Positions 52,055 through 62,309 are shown, counted from the stretch's first letter. The stretch is 64,000 nucleotides of DNA from Candidatus Omnitrophota bacterium (GCA_028713155.1 JAQTPA010000002.1:8680-72679), one strand, 5' to 3'. The notes: a model not told the origin generated them from the sequence alone. Made by a program: numbers and translations.

Positions 52055-52615
52055 ATGTATAAAGACGAATCGCTTAAAAAATACCTGGATGACCTGGCAG
52101 CTAGGCTTCCTGCTCCGGGAGGCGGCTCAGCGGCGGCATTTAACGCGGCAATGGCCGCGGCCTTAATCAGTATGGTCGTTAATTTTACTTTAGGCAAGCC
52201 CAAATACGCAAAATATGAAAAGGGGCTTAAGGTCATCCTGGATAAATCCGAAGCCTTAAGGCAGGAATTCCTGAGATTAACCGACCTGGATGTTATTGCT
52301 TACCGGAGTAAAGACGCCCGGGACAGTTTGAATACTCCGTTTATGATTGCCCGGCTCTGCGCCGAAGGAATTAAACTGTGTGAACCGCTGCTCAAAAAAG
52401 GTAATATCAATTTAATCAGCGATGTAGCCGTGGCCGCCGTCCTTTTAGAATCCAGTTTTGCCTCGGCGTATTTTAACGTGGAGATAAATTTAAAGGCCAT
52501 CAACGACAAAAAATTGACCCGGACAATAACAAAAGAATTACTGCAAAAAGGTAAAATGATCCGCAAGACCAGGGAAAATACGGAGGAGAAAGTTGGCAAA
52601 ATTATTAGAGGGTAA
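52055..52615 (+). CDS. Cyclodeaminase/cyclohydrolase family protein (FchA-like methenyl-THF cyclohydrolase / FTCD C-terminal domain homolog)
   Basis: LPAPGGGSAAAFNAAMAAAL N-terminal signature of the formiminotransferase-cyclodeaminase/cyclohydrolase family; 186 aa. Confidence 0.7.
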   Translation: MYKDESLKKYLDDLAARLPAPGGGSAAAFNAAMAAALISMVVNFTLGKPKYAKYEKGLKVILDKSEALRQEFLRLTDLDVIAYRSKDARDSLNTPFMIARLCAEGIKLCEPLLKKGNINLISDVAVAAVLLESSFASAYFNVEINLKAINDKKLTRTITKELLQKGKMIRKTRENTEEKVGKIIRG

Positions 52616-53438
52616 ACCGCTGGCGGAGAATATCAGGGAAGAAATAAAGAAACAGGTTGCCTCTTTGCAGGCTAAGCCGGTTTTAGCCAGCATTATGGTT
52701 GGTGAGAATGCCGGCGCAGCCAGCTATGTTAAATCTCAAAGTAAAGCCGCCGAAAATTTAGGGATAGAATACCGCCTGCAAACCTTAGCCCAGGATACTA
52801 CCGAAGAGGCCCTGATTGATTTTATCCGCAAATTAAATTCCGATAAATCGGTCAATGGCATTATTATCCAGATGCCGCTTCCCGCAGCGATAGATTATAA
52901 AAAGATAAGCGCCTATATCAGCCCGGAAAAGGATATTGAGGGTATGCACCCGCAAAATATAGGGAAGATTTTGTTCGGCAAGGCCAGGCTTATTCCCTGC
53001 ACCGCTGCCAGCGCTATGGAGTTGATTAATTCCAGCGGCATGGATTTATACGGTAAAGAGGTTGTCATCGTGGGCCATAGCGAAATCGTGGGTAAGCCCT
53101 TAGCGCTTTTATTACTGGATAAATTTGCGACAGTTACGGTAGCGCATATCGGCACAAGTAAAGCCGGAAAGTTGGAAGAACATGTCCGCCGGGCCGAAGT
53201 CCTGATTGTCGCAGTCGGAAAAGCCGGGTTAATCAAAGGGGATTGGATTAAAGAAGGCGCGGTAGTCATCGACGTGGGGATAAACCGCCTCGCCGATAAG
53301 ATTGTCGGGGATGTGGAATTTGAGGAAGCCCAAAAACGCGCAGGTTTTATTACGCCTGTGCCGGGCGGGGTCGGTCCGCTAACCGTAACCATGCTCATGC
53401 GTAACCTCGTCGAATCCGCAAAACTGCAGCAGCTTTAA
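52593..53438 (+). CDS. folD: Bifunctional methylene-THF dehydrogenase / methenyl-THF cyclohydrolase
   Basis: GHSEIVGKPLALLL, PGGVGPLTV; 281 aa. Confidence 0.9.
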   Translation: MAKLLEGKPLAENIREEIKKQVASLQAKPVLASIMVGENAGAASYVKSQSKAAENLGIEYRLQTLAQDTTEEALIDFIRKLNSDKSVNGIIIQMPLPAAIDYKKISAYISPEKDIEGMHPQNIGKILFGKARLIPCTAASAMELINSSGMDLYGKEVVIVGHSEIVGKPLALLLLDKFATVTVAHIGTSKAGKLEEHVRRAEVLIVAVGKAGLIKGDWIKEGAVVIDVGINRLADKIVGDVEFEEAQKRAGFITPVPGGVGPLTVTMLMRNLVESAKLQQL

Positions 53439-53454
53439 TCAGGTAAGGAGGGCA

Positions 53455-54105
53455 GTGCCAGTGGAAAAATTCTCTAAGGGCAAGGCAATAGTTTTTGGCT
53501 GGGAAGCGACGAAAAAGTATTTCTGGTTTTTCTGCGGTTTACTGATAATAGTCATCCTGGTGCAGGCTATCCCCAATGTATTATCCAACTTGTATGGAGA
53601 GAAGTTGCCTTTGGTTTCAGCTGCCTTTAGTATAATTTCTTTCATCGCGAGCACTATAATTGCGATAGGTTTGATCAAGATCAGTTTAAAATTATATGAT
53701 AATACGGATAGCCCTAAGCTTAGCGTCCTTTTTGCGGTCCGGGGAGTTTTCTTAAAATATTTATTTGCTTCGCTGCTCTATGGTTTGGCCGTATCTGTCG
53801 GTCTTTTGTTATTGATTGTCCCGGGCATTATTATATGGGTAAGGTGCCAGTTTTTCGGCTATTTGATAGTAGATAAGAAGCTGGGGCCCATAAAGGCGCT
53901 TAAGAAGAGCTTTGCCGTGACCAGAGGTAATGGCTGGAACCTATTTTTACTAGGTATTCTATTAACCGGTATCTTTCTGTTTGGCCTTTTGGCTTTGCTG
54001 GTCGGTTTATTCGCGGCCTTTCCGATAACGATTATGGCAGAGGTTTTCGTCTACCGTTTTCTCGTGGAGAGGTCAGGTTCCCTTGAGGCAGTGCCAGCCG
54101 TTTAA
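53455..54105 (+). CDS. Multi-pass integral membrane protein of unknown function (DUF975-like topology)
   Basis: 216 aa with about five to six hydrophobic helices. Sits between folD and metF. Confidence 0.4.
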   Translation: MPVEKFSKGKAIVFGWEATKKYFWFFCGLLIIVILVQAIPNVLSNLYGEKLPLVSAAFSIISFIASTIIAIGLIKISLKLYDNTDSPKLSVLFAVRGVFLKYLFASLLYGLAVSVGLLLLIVPGIIIWVRCQFFGYLIVDKKLGPIKALKKSFAVTRGNGWNLFLLGILLTGIFLFGLLALLVGLFAAFPITIMAEVFVYRFLVERSGSLEAVPAV

Positions 54106-54132
54106 GGGTAAGGAAGGATTCCGTAGGTAAAT

Positions 54133-55002
54133 ATGACTTTCAAAGAAAAATTACAATCGGGTAAGTTCGCAGTGACCTCGGAAATCGGGCCGCCCAAGGG
54201 CATTGACACCAAGCAGCTCCTGGAAGACGCGGAATTAATCCGCACCAGGGTTGACGCGATTAATGTCACGGATTTGCAGAGTTCAGTAATGCGCCTGGGT
54301 TCTTTGGCAGTCTGTTTTCTGCTTAAACAAAAGGGCTTTGAGCCGATCTATCAATTAACCTGCCGCGACCGGAACCGCCTGGCCCTGCAATCGGATATTT
54401 TATCCGCCGGGGCATTAGGCATTGAGAATCTTTTACTTTTAACCGGCGACCATCCGGCTTTAGGCGACCATCCGGAAGCCAAGCCTGTTTTTGACCTGGA
54501 TTCAGTGCAGCTGTTGCAGGTAGTCCAGAAGCTCCGGGAAGGAAGCGATATGCAGGGGAATAAATTAATTGGCGAACCGCCGAAATTCTGCATGGGCGCT
54601 GTGGTTAACCCCGGGGCAGACCCCCTAGAACCTCAGATTATGAAAATGGAGAAAAAGATTGTTGCCGGAGCGGAATTTTTCCAAACCCAGGCAGTCTATG
54701 ACCTAAAAGTATTTGAAAACTTCCTGGATAAAACCAAACATTTAAAAACTAAGATCCTGGCCGGAATCGTCTTACTAAAATCAGCCGGTATGGCCCGTTA
54801 TATGAATAAGAATGTCGCCGGAGTATCGGTCCCGGAAGATTTAATCAAAGAAATGGAAGAGACTAAGGATAAAACCGCTCAGTCCGTAGAGATCTCCTCG
54901 CGCCTGATTAAGAAATTAAGGCCGGCCTGCGACGGAGTCCATATCATGCCTATTGGCTGGGATAAGGTAGTGCCCGCAGTCCTGGATGCATCTGGATTAT
55001 AA
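54133..55002 (+). CDS. metF: 5,10-methylenetetrahydrofolate reductase
   Basis: MTHFR TIM-barrel; FAVTSEIGPPKG at the N-terminus and the FFQTQAVYD segment; 289 aa. Confidence 0.8.
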   Translation: MTFKEKLQSGKFAVTSEIGPPKGIDTKQLLEDAELIRTRVDAINVTDLQSSVMRLGSLAVCFLLKQKGFEPIYQLTCRDRNRLALQSDILSAGALGIENLLLLTGDHPALGDHPEAKPVFDLDSVQLLQVVQKLREGSDMQGNKLIGEPPKFCMGAVVNPGADPLEPQIMKMEKKIVAGAEFFQTQAVYDLKVFENFLDKTKHLKTKILAGIVLLKSAGMARYMNKNVAGVSVPEDLIKEMEETKDKTAQSVEISSRLIKKLRPACDGVHIMPIGWDKVVPAVLDASGL

Positions 55003-57560
55003 TGCCAACTTTACCTCATATCCCCGGAGCAAAGAAAAAAAGCGTTTTATTTTTAAGCTCCGAGGATGATTTTAAGAAATTAGACGATTATTTTATCAAT
55101 GATACTGTCTGTATTGACGGCCCGGGCGAAGCTGCGCTTAATCTGGCTAAGTCCATCCATGAAAAATATAAAGTCGGGGTGAAAGTCGTCAGGGAAGAGA
55201 AGTTTGAAGGCGTGCTTCCTGAAGGTATACAGGTAATCAACAGCCCGATCCAGGAGATTGTCGGGGAAGGCAAGGCCGAGGCAGTCAAATTTAAAAGCGG
55301 CTTAGCCATCGGCGTGTGCTTAGTCTTATTTGTTGACCAGAAAATGCAAGATAGTAATGCCAATAATAAAGGAGAAAACATGGCGGATTTACTCATCCAG
55401 TTAGGGACTAAGGGCAGCGAGGCAGTAATAAATCTTACCCGGGCTTCGCTGGATAGGCGTATAGCGGAAAAAGGAAAAGATGAAAAAATAGAGTTTCCGG
55501 AAACCAATTATTATTTTCCTTTGATTAATGCTTTGCTTAACCTGGAAGTAAAGAGCCTGAACGATTTATCCTTAGCGTTAAGTGAGATCGAGGGTTTAAA
55601 TCAAGGGAAGGCTACTAAAACAGGATTGGCTATCCCCTACCTGGGAGGCATTTTAAATAAAGGCGTCGCTACGCTCCTCTCTGAAGAGATCCTGGCCGGA
55701 TTAGCCGTAATGAACAAAGAACACCCTAAGGCCGGCATCGGTTTTATCCCCGATAAAATATTACGATCCCTGGGCCTGCAACTGGTTGACGGCAGGATAG
55801 CCGGTATCGCCGTAATTCTGGGCCCGGCAAAAGATGAAGACGCAGCCGTAGAATTGATCCGTAATTTCCAATCCAAGAGTATTGTTTGTTTGTTAGCCGG
55901 TAATATTCAAGGCAATACCCTGCAGAAGCAATTAGAAAGCAAGGGAATAGAAGTAGGTTTGGATAATTACATCGTCCCTTTAGGCGATGATTATCTTTCG
56001 GCCATTTATGCGGTAAACTTTGCCGTACGCGCGCCCTTAATTTACGGGGGATTTAAACCGGGGGAATGGCAGGGAATCGCGGATTATATCCGTAACCGCG
56101 TGCCCGCGTTTGTTTTACTCTTAGGGCATGTCGATGAGGTGATTGTCGCGACAGGTTTAGGGGTTCTAACCTTTGGCTTACCGATTATCACTGACCTGGA
56201 AGTCCCGCAGTTAGGTAAAATTGATACGACTTTATTTGAGGCGTTAGTTACGGAGAAGGATTATAAAAAACTTCCTTCTCAATGCCTGCTTACCCGCGGG
56301 ATAAAGGTGAAAATGGCCGAGGTCGCTGTACCGGTGCCTTATGCCGCTGCCTTTGAAGGAGAGCGGGTCAGGAAAGAGCAATTGCACGTTGAATTCGGCG
56401 CTAAGGCCAGCCTGGCCTTTGAATTCTTAAGCGCAAAAAAAGAAAATGAAGTTGAAGACGGTAAGGTAGAGATAGTCGGGCCGGATATTGATAACTTACC
56501 CCCGGGCGTTAAGTCCCTGCCTTTAGCCATTATTGTCAGCGTTTATGGCCGTAAAATGCAGAAGGATTTTGAGCCGATCCTGGAGAGACAGATCCACCGT
56601 TTTGTCAATTACGCGATGGGTTTAATGCACGTAGGCCAGCGCGATATGGATTGGATCAGGATCAGTAAAGATGCTTTCGCTAAGGGTTTTAGGTTAAAGC
56701 ATATCGGCGTTATCCTGCATGCGATGCTGCATCAGGAATACAGCGCCATTGTTGATAAAATTCAAATTAGCCTCTATACAAAACAGGAAGACGCAGAAAG
56801 GCTCCTTGCCCCCGCAAAAAAAGTTTTTGATGAGCGCGATGAACGCATAAGCGGGATGACCGATGAAAGCGTAGATACCTATTATTCCTGTTTATTGTGC
56901 CAGTCATTCGCTCCCAATCATGTATGCATTGTTACTCCCGAACGCCTGGGTCTTTGCGGGGCTTATTCGTGGTTGGATGCGAAGGCTTCTTTTGAAATCA
57001 CTCCCACCGGCCCTAATCAGCCTATAGCCAAAGGAAATACGCTGGACGCAAGGCTGGGGCAATGGGAAAACGTAAATGAATTCGTAAAACAGAAATCCAA
57101 TAAAAGCATCGATAAGGTAAGTATGTATTCTTTAATAGATTCTCCCCAGTCTTCCTGCGGGTGCTTTGAGTGCATCCTGGCGATTATCCCGGAAGTAAAC
57201 GGGGTAATGATCGTGCACCGGGATTTTTCCGGCCTGACCCCTTCCGGTATGAGCTTTACTACTTTAGCCGGTTCAGTCGGAGGAGGGGTTCAGACTCCGG
57301 GGTTCCTGGGAGTAGGCAAGCTCTATATAATAAGTAAGAAGTTTATTCTGGCTGAAGGAGGCTTGAAGCGCCTGGTTTGGATGCCTAAAGAGCTTAAGGA
57401 ACTTTTGGGAGATAAATTAAGGAAACGCTGCGAAGAAATCGGCGAGCCGGATTTACTGGAAAAGATTGCGGATGAAACAGTTGCCACAACCTCCGCTGAG
57501 CTAGCGGCTTACCTGGAAAAGGTTAAACATCCGGTTGGCTCTTTAGAGCCGTTGATGTAA
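55002..57560 (+). CDS. acsB: Acetyl-CoA synthase (CODH/ACS beta-type subunit AcsB) with ~125-aa N-terminal extension
   Basis: A-cluster ligands CLLCQSFAPNHVCIVTPERLGLCGA and SCGCFECILAI. Strong collinearity with bacterial AcsB from about residue 127 onward. The start codon overlaps the metF stop (TAATG). Confidence 0.85.
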   Translation: MPTLPHIPGAKKKSVLFLSSEDDFKKLDDYFINDTVCIDGPGEAALNLAKSIHEKYKVGVKVVREEKFEGVLPEGIQVINSPIQEIVGEGKAEAVKFKSGLAIGVCLVLFVDQKMQDSNANNKGENMADLLIQLGTKGSEAVINLTRASLDRRIAEKGKDEKIEFPETNYYFPLINALLNLEVKSLNDLSLALSEIEGLNQGKATKTGLAIPYLGGILNKGVATLLSEEILAGLAVMNKEHPKAGIGFIPDKILRSLGLQLVDGRIAGIAVILGPAKDEDAAVELIRNFQSKSIVCLLAGNIQGNTLQKQLESKGIEVGLDNYIVPLGDDYLSAIYAVNFAVRAPLIYGGFKPGEWQGIADYIRNRVPAFVLLLGHVDEVIVATGLGVLTFGLPIITDLEVPQLGKIDTTLFEALVTEKDYKKLPSQCLLTRGIKVKMAEVAVPVPYAAAFEGERVRKEQLHVEFGAKASLAFEFLSAKKENEVEDGKVEIVGPDIDNLPPGVKSLPLAIIVSVYGRKMQKDFEPILERQIHRFVNYAMGLMHVGQRDMDWIRISKDAFAKGFRLKHIGVILHAMLHQEYSAIVDKIQISLYTKQEDAERLLAPAKKVFDERDERISGMTDESVDTYYSCLLCQSFAPNHVCIVTPERLGLCGAYSWLDAKASFEITPTGPNQPIAKGNTLDARLGQWENVNEFVKQKSNKSIDKVSMYSLIDSPQSSCGCFECILAIIPEVNGVMIVHRDFSGLTPSGMSFTTLAGSVGGGVQTPGFLGVGKLYIISKKFILAEGGLKRLVWMPKELKELLGDKLRKRCEEIGEPDLLEKIADETVATTSAELAAYLEKVKHPVGSLEPLM

Positions 57561-57568
57561 TTTTTTTC

Positions 57569-58330
57569 TTGACTACGGCCCTATTTAACATATATAATAA
57601 CTGGTACATGCCAAGCAAAACCCTCAAAAAAAATTTAAAGAGAATAACCTTAATAGTTAATTGTTTTCTGTTCATATTTACCGCGCATCTGCTTGCTGCG
57701 GATAAGGTTATTAAGAAAAAAAAGGAGGAGCTGACCAGCCTCCAGAAGCAGGCCCAGCTCTATCGTAATGAAGGTTTAAAGTCCCAGAATCTGGGCGACC
57801 TGGAGACCGCCTTAAAGTTATACCAGAAAGCCGCGGGGATTGACCCCGAATATGCGGTTGTGCATAATGATTTAGGCGTTATTTATGAATCTCAGGGAGA
57901 TCTTGAACGGGCAGAGGAAAGTTATCTTCGGGCCATAGAGATCGATCCTTCTTATGAAAGTGCGTATAGCAACCTGGCCCTTCTTTATGAAGACAGGCGC
58001 GATCTGCAAAAAGCCGCTTATTTCTGGAAGAAGCGGGTGGAATTAGGAAATCCGAATGACCTTTGGACCTGGAAGGCCGAAAAACGCCTGAAAGATATAA
58101 ACCTTATTTTATTCGGGAAGAGCGCCATCCCGGTCCAGGAGAAAGATGTCAATACTTTAATGCAAGACGTTATCGCTGAAAAAACCACTTTAGGCCAGAG
58201 CAGTAAGCAAGCCGCCGTTAAAAAACCTCAAAATATAAAGCTTGAGAGCTTTGAAAAAAGCTATTCTAAAGAAATGCAGAAGGCCCTGGAGGATGCTCGC
58301 AAGCTGAATTCTAAGAAGAAGGGTACATAG
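57569..58330 (+). CDS. Secreted TPR-repeat protein
   Basis: N-terminal hydrophobic signal, then 3-4 TPR units (AxxxYxxAxxxxP pattern). The true start may be the internal Met (MPSKTLKK). Confidence 0.55.
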   Translation: MTTALFNIYNNWYMPSKTLKKNLKRITLIVNCFLFIFTAHLLAADKVIKKKKEELTSLQKQAQLYRNEGLKSQNLGDLETALKLYQKAAGIDPEYAVVHNDLGVIYESQGDLERAEESYLRAIEIDPSYESAYSNLALLYEDRRDLQKAAYFWKKRVELGNPNDLWTWKAEKRLKDINLILFGKSAIPVQEKDVNTLMQDVIAEKTTLGQSSKQAAVKKPQNIKLESFEKSYSKEMQKALEDARKLNSKKKGT

Positions 58331-58383
58331 AAAACCACAAATTTTAGTTCTCCTACCAAAATTGAACTCCAAATGTCTTATTA

Positions 58384-60924
58384 ATGGATAAAAAACGGTT
58401 ATACCTGATAGATGCGACAGCTTTTTGCTATCGCGCATTTTACGCGGTAAGAGGTTTATCCACCTCTTTTGGACAGCCGACCGGCGCTATATACGGATTC
58501 CTGAATTTATTGAACAAGGTGCTGAAAGACAATAAGCCCGGTTACCTGGCGGTTTGTTTCGATGTCTCCCGGGATACCTTCAGGGCTAAGAAATTCGCGG
58601 AATATAAAATACAGCGGCCGCCTATGCCGGATGACCTGGTCTCGCAGGTGCCCTTGATTAAAAAGATAGTTTCCAATTACGGAATTAAAATTTTAGAGAA
58701 GGCCGGCTTTGAGGCGGATGATATAATCGCAACTTTAGCCAGGGCTGCCCAGGCTAAAGGCGTTTCTACACTGATTATCAGTTCGGATAAGGATATATTG
58801 CAATTGGTGAATAAGGATATTGAAGTCTATAGCCCGCACAAAGATACCGGCATAGTATATGATGAGCAGGCAGTCTTTGAACGTTTCGGAGTAAGGCCGC
58901 AGCAGGTCGCTGATGTGATCAGCCTGATGGGGGATACGGCGGATAATATACCCGGCATACCCGGAATAGGCGAAAAGACCGCGGTAGAACTGGTTAAGGA
59001 ATTTGGTTCGTTAGAAAAACTGCTCTCCGGCCTGGATAAGGTAAAAAAGGAAAAGATAAGAGGGGCGTTGAAAGAGAATATTAAGCAGGCAAGATTAAAT
59101 AAGGAGCTGGTAGAGTTAACGCAGGATATAGGTATAGATTTTAATCTGGCAGAACTTGAAGTCGGGCAGGCTAACCAGGAAGAGCTGGCCAGATTATTCA
59201 AGCACCTGGAGTTCAATAAATTCTTAAAAGGCTTAAATTTGGAGAGCCGGCCTGCTTCGGAAGCAGCCGCAGAATCCTGGGATGAAAAAGATTTAAAGGG
59301 GTTCATGGAATCAGGCGGAGAATTATTCTTGTATGGTGAAAACGCGGACAGTTTGGTTTTTGGCCATGCGGGAAAATTCCTGCGTTTAGCTAAGGATAAG
59401 CCCGGTTTCCGGGATATTCTGGTTAATCCTAAAATAAATAAGATAAGCCATGACCTGAAGAAGATCAAGACTTCTTTGGCCAAAGAGAATTTTATTCTGG
59501 AAGGGTTGTGTTTTGATACGATGATCGCCGCGTATCTTTTAAACCCTTCTAAGGGCAGCTATGCTTTGGAAAATGTGGCTTTGGATTATCTGGATAAGTT
59601 TCCTTACGGCAAATTACCGGCAGGCCGGGAGGCTTTAGATATTATCAAGAACCTGAAAGCCAAGCTAAGCGAAGAGTTGAAGAAGAAAAAGCTGGAGGGG
59701 CTTTTTTATGATACCGAGATGCCCCTGGTGGATGTGCTTTCGGCAATGGAAGGCTTCGGGGTAAAGATAGATTTAAAATTACTCAAGTCGCTTTCGCAGG
59801 AATTAGGCAAAAGGCTGACCAGCCTGGTTGAGGATATTTATAAGCTCAGCGGCACCGAGTTTAATATAAATTCGCCCAAACAATTACGGGTAGTCTTATT
59901 TGAACAGCTTAAACTTCCGGTGGTCAAGAAGACCAAGACCGGCGCTTCAACAGACGAAGAAGTCCTTAAGAAATTGGCGGATAAGCATGAGCTCCCGGCG
60001 TTTTTACTGGAATACCGCCAGTTGACTAAACTAAAAACCACCTATATCGATGTATTGCCTCAGCTGGCGGACGAGGATAGCGCAAGGCTGCATACTTCTT
60101 TTAACCAGACAGGGACGGAGACCGGACGGCTTAGTTCCAGCAATCCTAACCTGCAGAATATACCTATCAAGACGGATATAGGCGCTAAAATCCGTAAGGC
60201 AATCATCGCCGGGAGCAAAGACAATTATCTTATTTCCGGGGATTATTCGCAGATAGATTTAAGGATCTTAGCACATTTAAGCGGGGATGAGCATTTGTCC
60301 ACCGCCTTTAAGAAGGGGATGGATATACATAAAGCCACCGCGGCTTTAATCTACGGCGTAGAAGAAAAAGAAGTGAGCGATGAAATGCGCGACAGGGCCA
60401 AAAGAGTTAACTTCGGAATTGTTTATGGTTTAAGCTCTTATGGCCTGGCCCGTGATTTAAACGTAGGGTTTGACGAAGCGCAAAGTTTTATTGACGCGTA
60501 TTTTGCCCGCTATTCGGGTGTGAAAGAATATATTGAAAAACAGATTAAGCTCGCTCAAAAAGAAGGTTTTGTTACCACGATATTGGGCCGGAGACGATAT
60601 CTGCCGGAGATTAACAGTAAAAATCAGGGAGTAAGGCAATTTGCCGAAAGGCAGGCAGTGAATACTCCTATCCAGGGTTCAGCTGCGGATTTGATTAAGC
60701 TGGCTATGATCAGCATAGATAAAGAGATCAAGAGGAAAGAATTAAAATCCAGGATGGTTTTACAGATCCACGATGAATTGCTCTTTGATCTGCCTAAGGA
60801 TGAATTGCAGGATTTGATAACCCTGGCGCGGGACAGGATGGAGAATGTTTTGAAACTTAACGTGCCGGTCAGGGTTGATATAAAAAAGGGCTATAACTGG
60901 TTAGAGATGGAGAAGGTAAAATGA
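58384..60924 (+). CDS. polA: DNA polymerase I
   Basis: 5'-3' exonuclease N-terminus (LYLIDATAFCYRAFYA), polymerase motif A DYSQIDLRILAHLS and motif C HDEL; 846 aa. Confidence 0.9.
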   Translation: MDKKRLYLIDATAFCYRAFYAVRGLSTSFGQPTGAIYGFLNLLNKVLKDNKPGYLAVCFDVSRDTFRAKKFAEYKIQRPPMPDDLVSQVPLIKKIVSNYGIKILEKAGFEADDIIATLARAAQAKGVSTLIISSDKDILQLVNKDIEVYSPHKDTGIVYDEQAVFERFGVRPQQVADVISLMGDTADNIPGIPGIGEKTAVELVKEFGSLEKLLSGLDKVKKEKIRGALKENIKQARLNKELVELTQDIGIDFNLAELEVGQANQEELARLFKHLEFNKFLKGLNLESRPASEAAAESWDEKDLKGFMESGGELFLYGENADSLVFGHAGKFLRLAKDKPGFRDILVNPKINKISHDLKKIKTSLAKENFILEGLCFDTMIAAYLLNPSKGSYALENVALDYLDKFPYGKLPAGREALDIIKNLKAKLSEELKKKKLEGLFYDTEMPLVDVLSAMEGFGVKIDLKLLKSLSQELGKRLTSLVEDIYKLSGTEFNINSPKQLRVVLFEQLKLPVVKKTKTGASTDEEVLKKLADKHELPAFLLEYRQLTKLKTTYIDVLPQLADEDSARLHTSFNQTGTETGRLSSSNPNLQNIPIKTDIGAKIRKAIIAGSKDNYLISGDYSQIDLRILAHLSGDEHLSTAFKKGMDIHKATAALIYGVEEKEVSDEMRDRAKRVNFGIVYGLSSYGLARDLNVGFDEAQSFIDAYFARYSGVKEYIEKQIKLAQKEGFVTTILGRRRYLPEINSKNQGVRQFAERQAVNTPIQGSAADLIKLAMISIDKEIKRKELKSRMVLQIHDELLFDLPKDELQDLITLARDRMENVLKLNVPVRVDIKKGYNWLEMEKVK

Positions 60925-62309
60925 AAATAGCGATGTGCTCATCAGAGGTAGTCCCTTTCGCTAAAACCGGAGGATTAGCGGATGTGGCGGGAGCATTGCC
61001 GTTGGCGTTAGAAAAAGAAGGCCAGGAAGTAATCATAATTATGCCGAGGTATAAGGCGATAGATACAGCTAAGTTCAAACTTAGAAAATTAAATAGCGGT
61101 GTTTTAACCGGGCTAGCCGGAAAAAATATCCGGGTTTATTTTATTGAAAACGAAGAATATTTTAACCGCGATGGCCTGTACGGGGATAAAAAAGGCGACC
61201 ATCCGGATAACCTGGACCGGTTTTCCTTTTATTGCAGAAAATCTCTGGATTTATTGCAAGAAATTGGTTTTAAGCCGGATATTATCCACTGCCATGACTG
61301 GCAGTCGTCCCTGATCCCGGTTTTTTTAAAGACAGTTTATTCCCGGGACCCTTTTTATAAAAAGACCCGCACGGTCCTGACTATCCATAATATCGGTTAT
61401 CAGGGGCTTTTCCCCGGGGAGGAATTCCCTAAGCTTGGCCTTGACCGGAGTTTGTTTAATATGGAGGGGTTGGAATTTTACGGTAAGATAAACATCCTTA
61501 AGGGGGGCATTCTTTTTGCGGATATCATTAATACGGTCAGCCCTACTTACGCCAGGGAAATCCAGACCGAAGAATTCGGTTTCGGGCTGGAAGGGGTATT
61601 GAATAAACGCAAGGATTCGGTTTTTGGCATATTAAACGGTTTGGATTATGATATCTGGAATCCTCAAAACGATAAGTTCGTCGCCCGGAATTTTTCAATT
61701 ACTGACCTGGCCGGTAAAGCCAAAGACAAGGAAGACCTGCAAGCGCTTTGTAAACTGCCCTTAAAGAAAGGCGTGCCTTTAATCGGAATCGTCTCAAGAT
61801 TAGCCGAGCAAAAAGGTTTGGACATACTCGCCGAAGGGATTGACGAGATTTGCAATCTGGATATCCAGCTGGGTATCCTGGGGACCGGGGATTTAAAATA
61901 TCACCAAGTCCTGCAGGAGATGGCCGCTAAATACCCTAAAGTCATATCTTTGAACTTGAAGTTTGATGACCCTCTGGCGCACAAGATCTATGCCGGCAGC
62001 GATATATTCCTTATGCCTTCAAGGTATGAGCCCTGCGGTCTGGGCCAGCTAATCAGTTTAAGGTACGGCACTATTCCGTTAGTCTTTAAAACCGGAGGGC
62101 TTGCCGATACAGTGAATTCAGAGAATGGGTTTGTCTTTGCTTGCTATTCCAAGACAGATCTGGTTAAGACGATAAAGAAGGCGCTCTCTGCGTTCAAGGC
62201 TAAAACAAAATGGGATGCGTTAGTCAAGAACGCCCTGAAGGGCAATTTTTCCTGGGATGCCTCTGCCGTAAAATACCTGGAATTGTATGCCAAGGCTAAG
62301 AAAAAATAA
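60921..62309 (+). CDS. glgA: Glycogen synthase (ADP-glucose type, GT5)
   Basis: KTGGLADVAGALP N-terminal motif; 462 aa. Confidence 0.9.
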   Translation: MKIAMCSSEVVPFAKTGGLADVAGALPLALEKEGQEVIIIMPRYKAIDTAKFKLRKLNSGVLTGLAGKNIRVYFIENEEYFNRDGLYGDKKGDHPDNLDRFSFYCRKSLDLLQEIGFKPDIIHCHDWQSSLIPVFLKTVYSRDPFYKKTRTVLTIHNIGYQGLFPGEEFPKLGLDRSLFNMEGLEFYGKINILKGGILFADIINTVSPTYAREIQTEEFGFGLEGVLNKRKDSVFGILNGLDYDIWNPQNDKFVARNFSITDLAGKAKDKEDLQALCKLPLKKGVPLIGIVSRLAEQKGLDILAEGIDEICNLDIQLGILGTGDLKYHQVLQEMAAKYPKVISLNLKFDDPLAHKIYAGSDIFLMPSRYEPCGLGQLISLRYGTIPLVFKTGGLADTVNSENGFVFACYSKTDLVKTIKKALSAFKAKTKWDALVKNALKGNFSWDASAVKYLELYAKAKKK

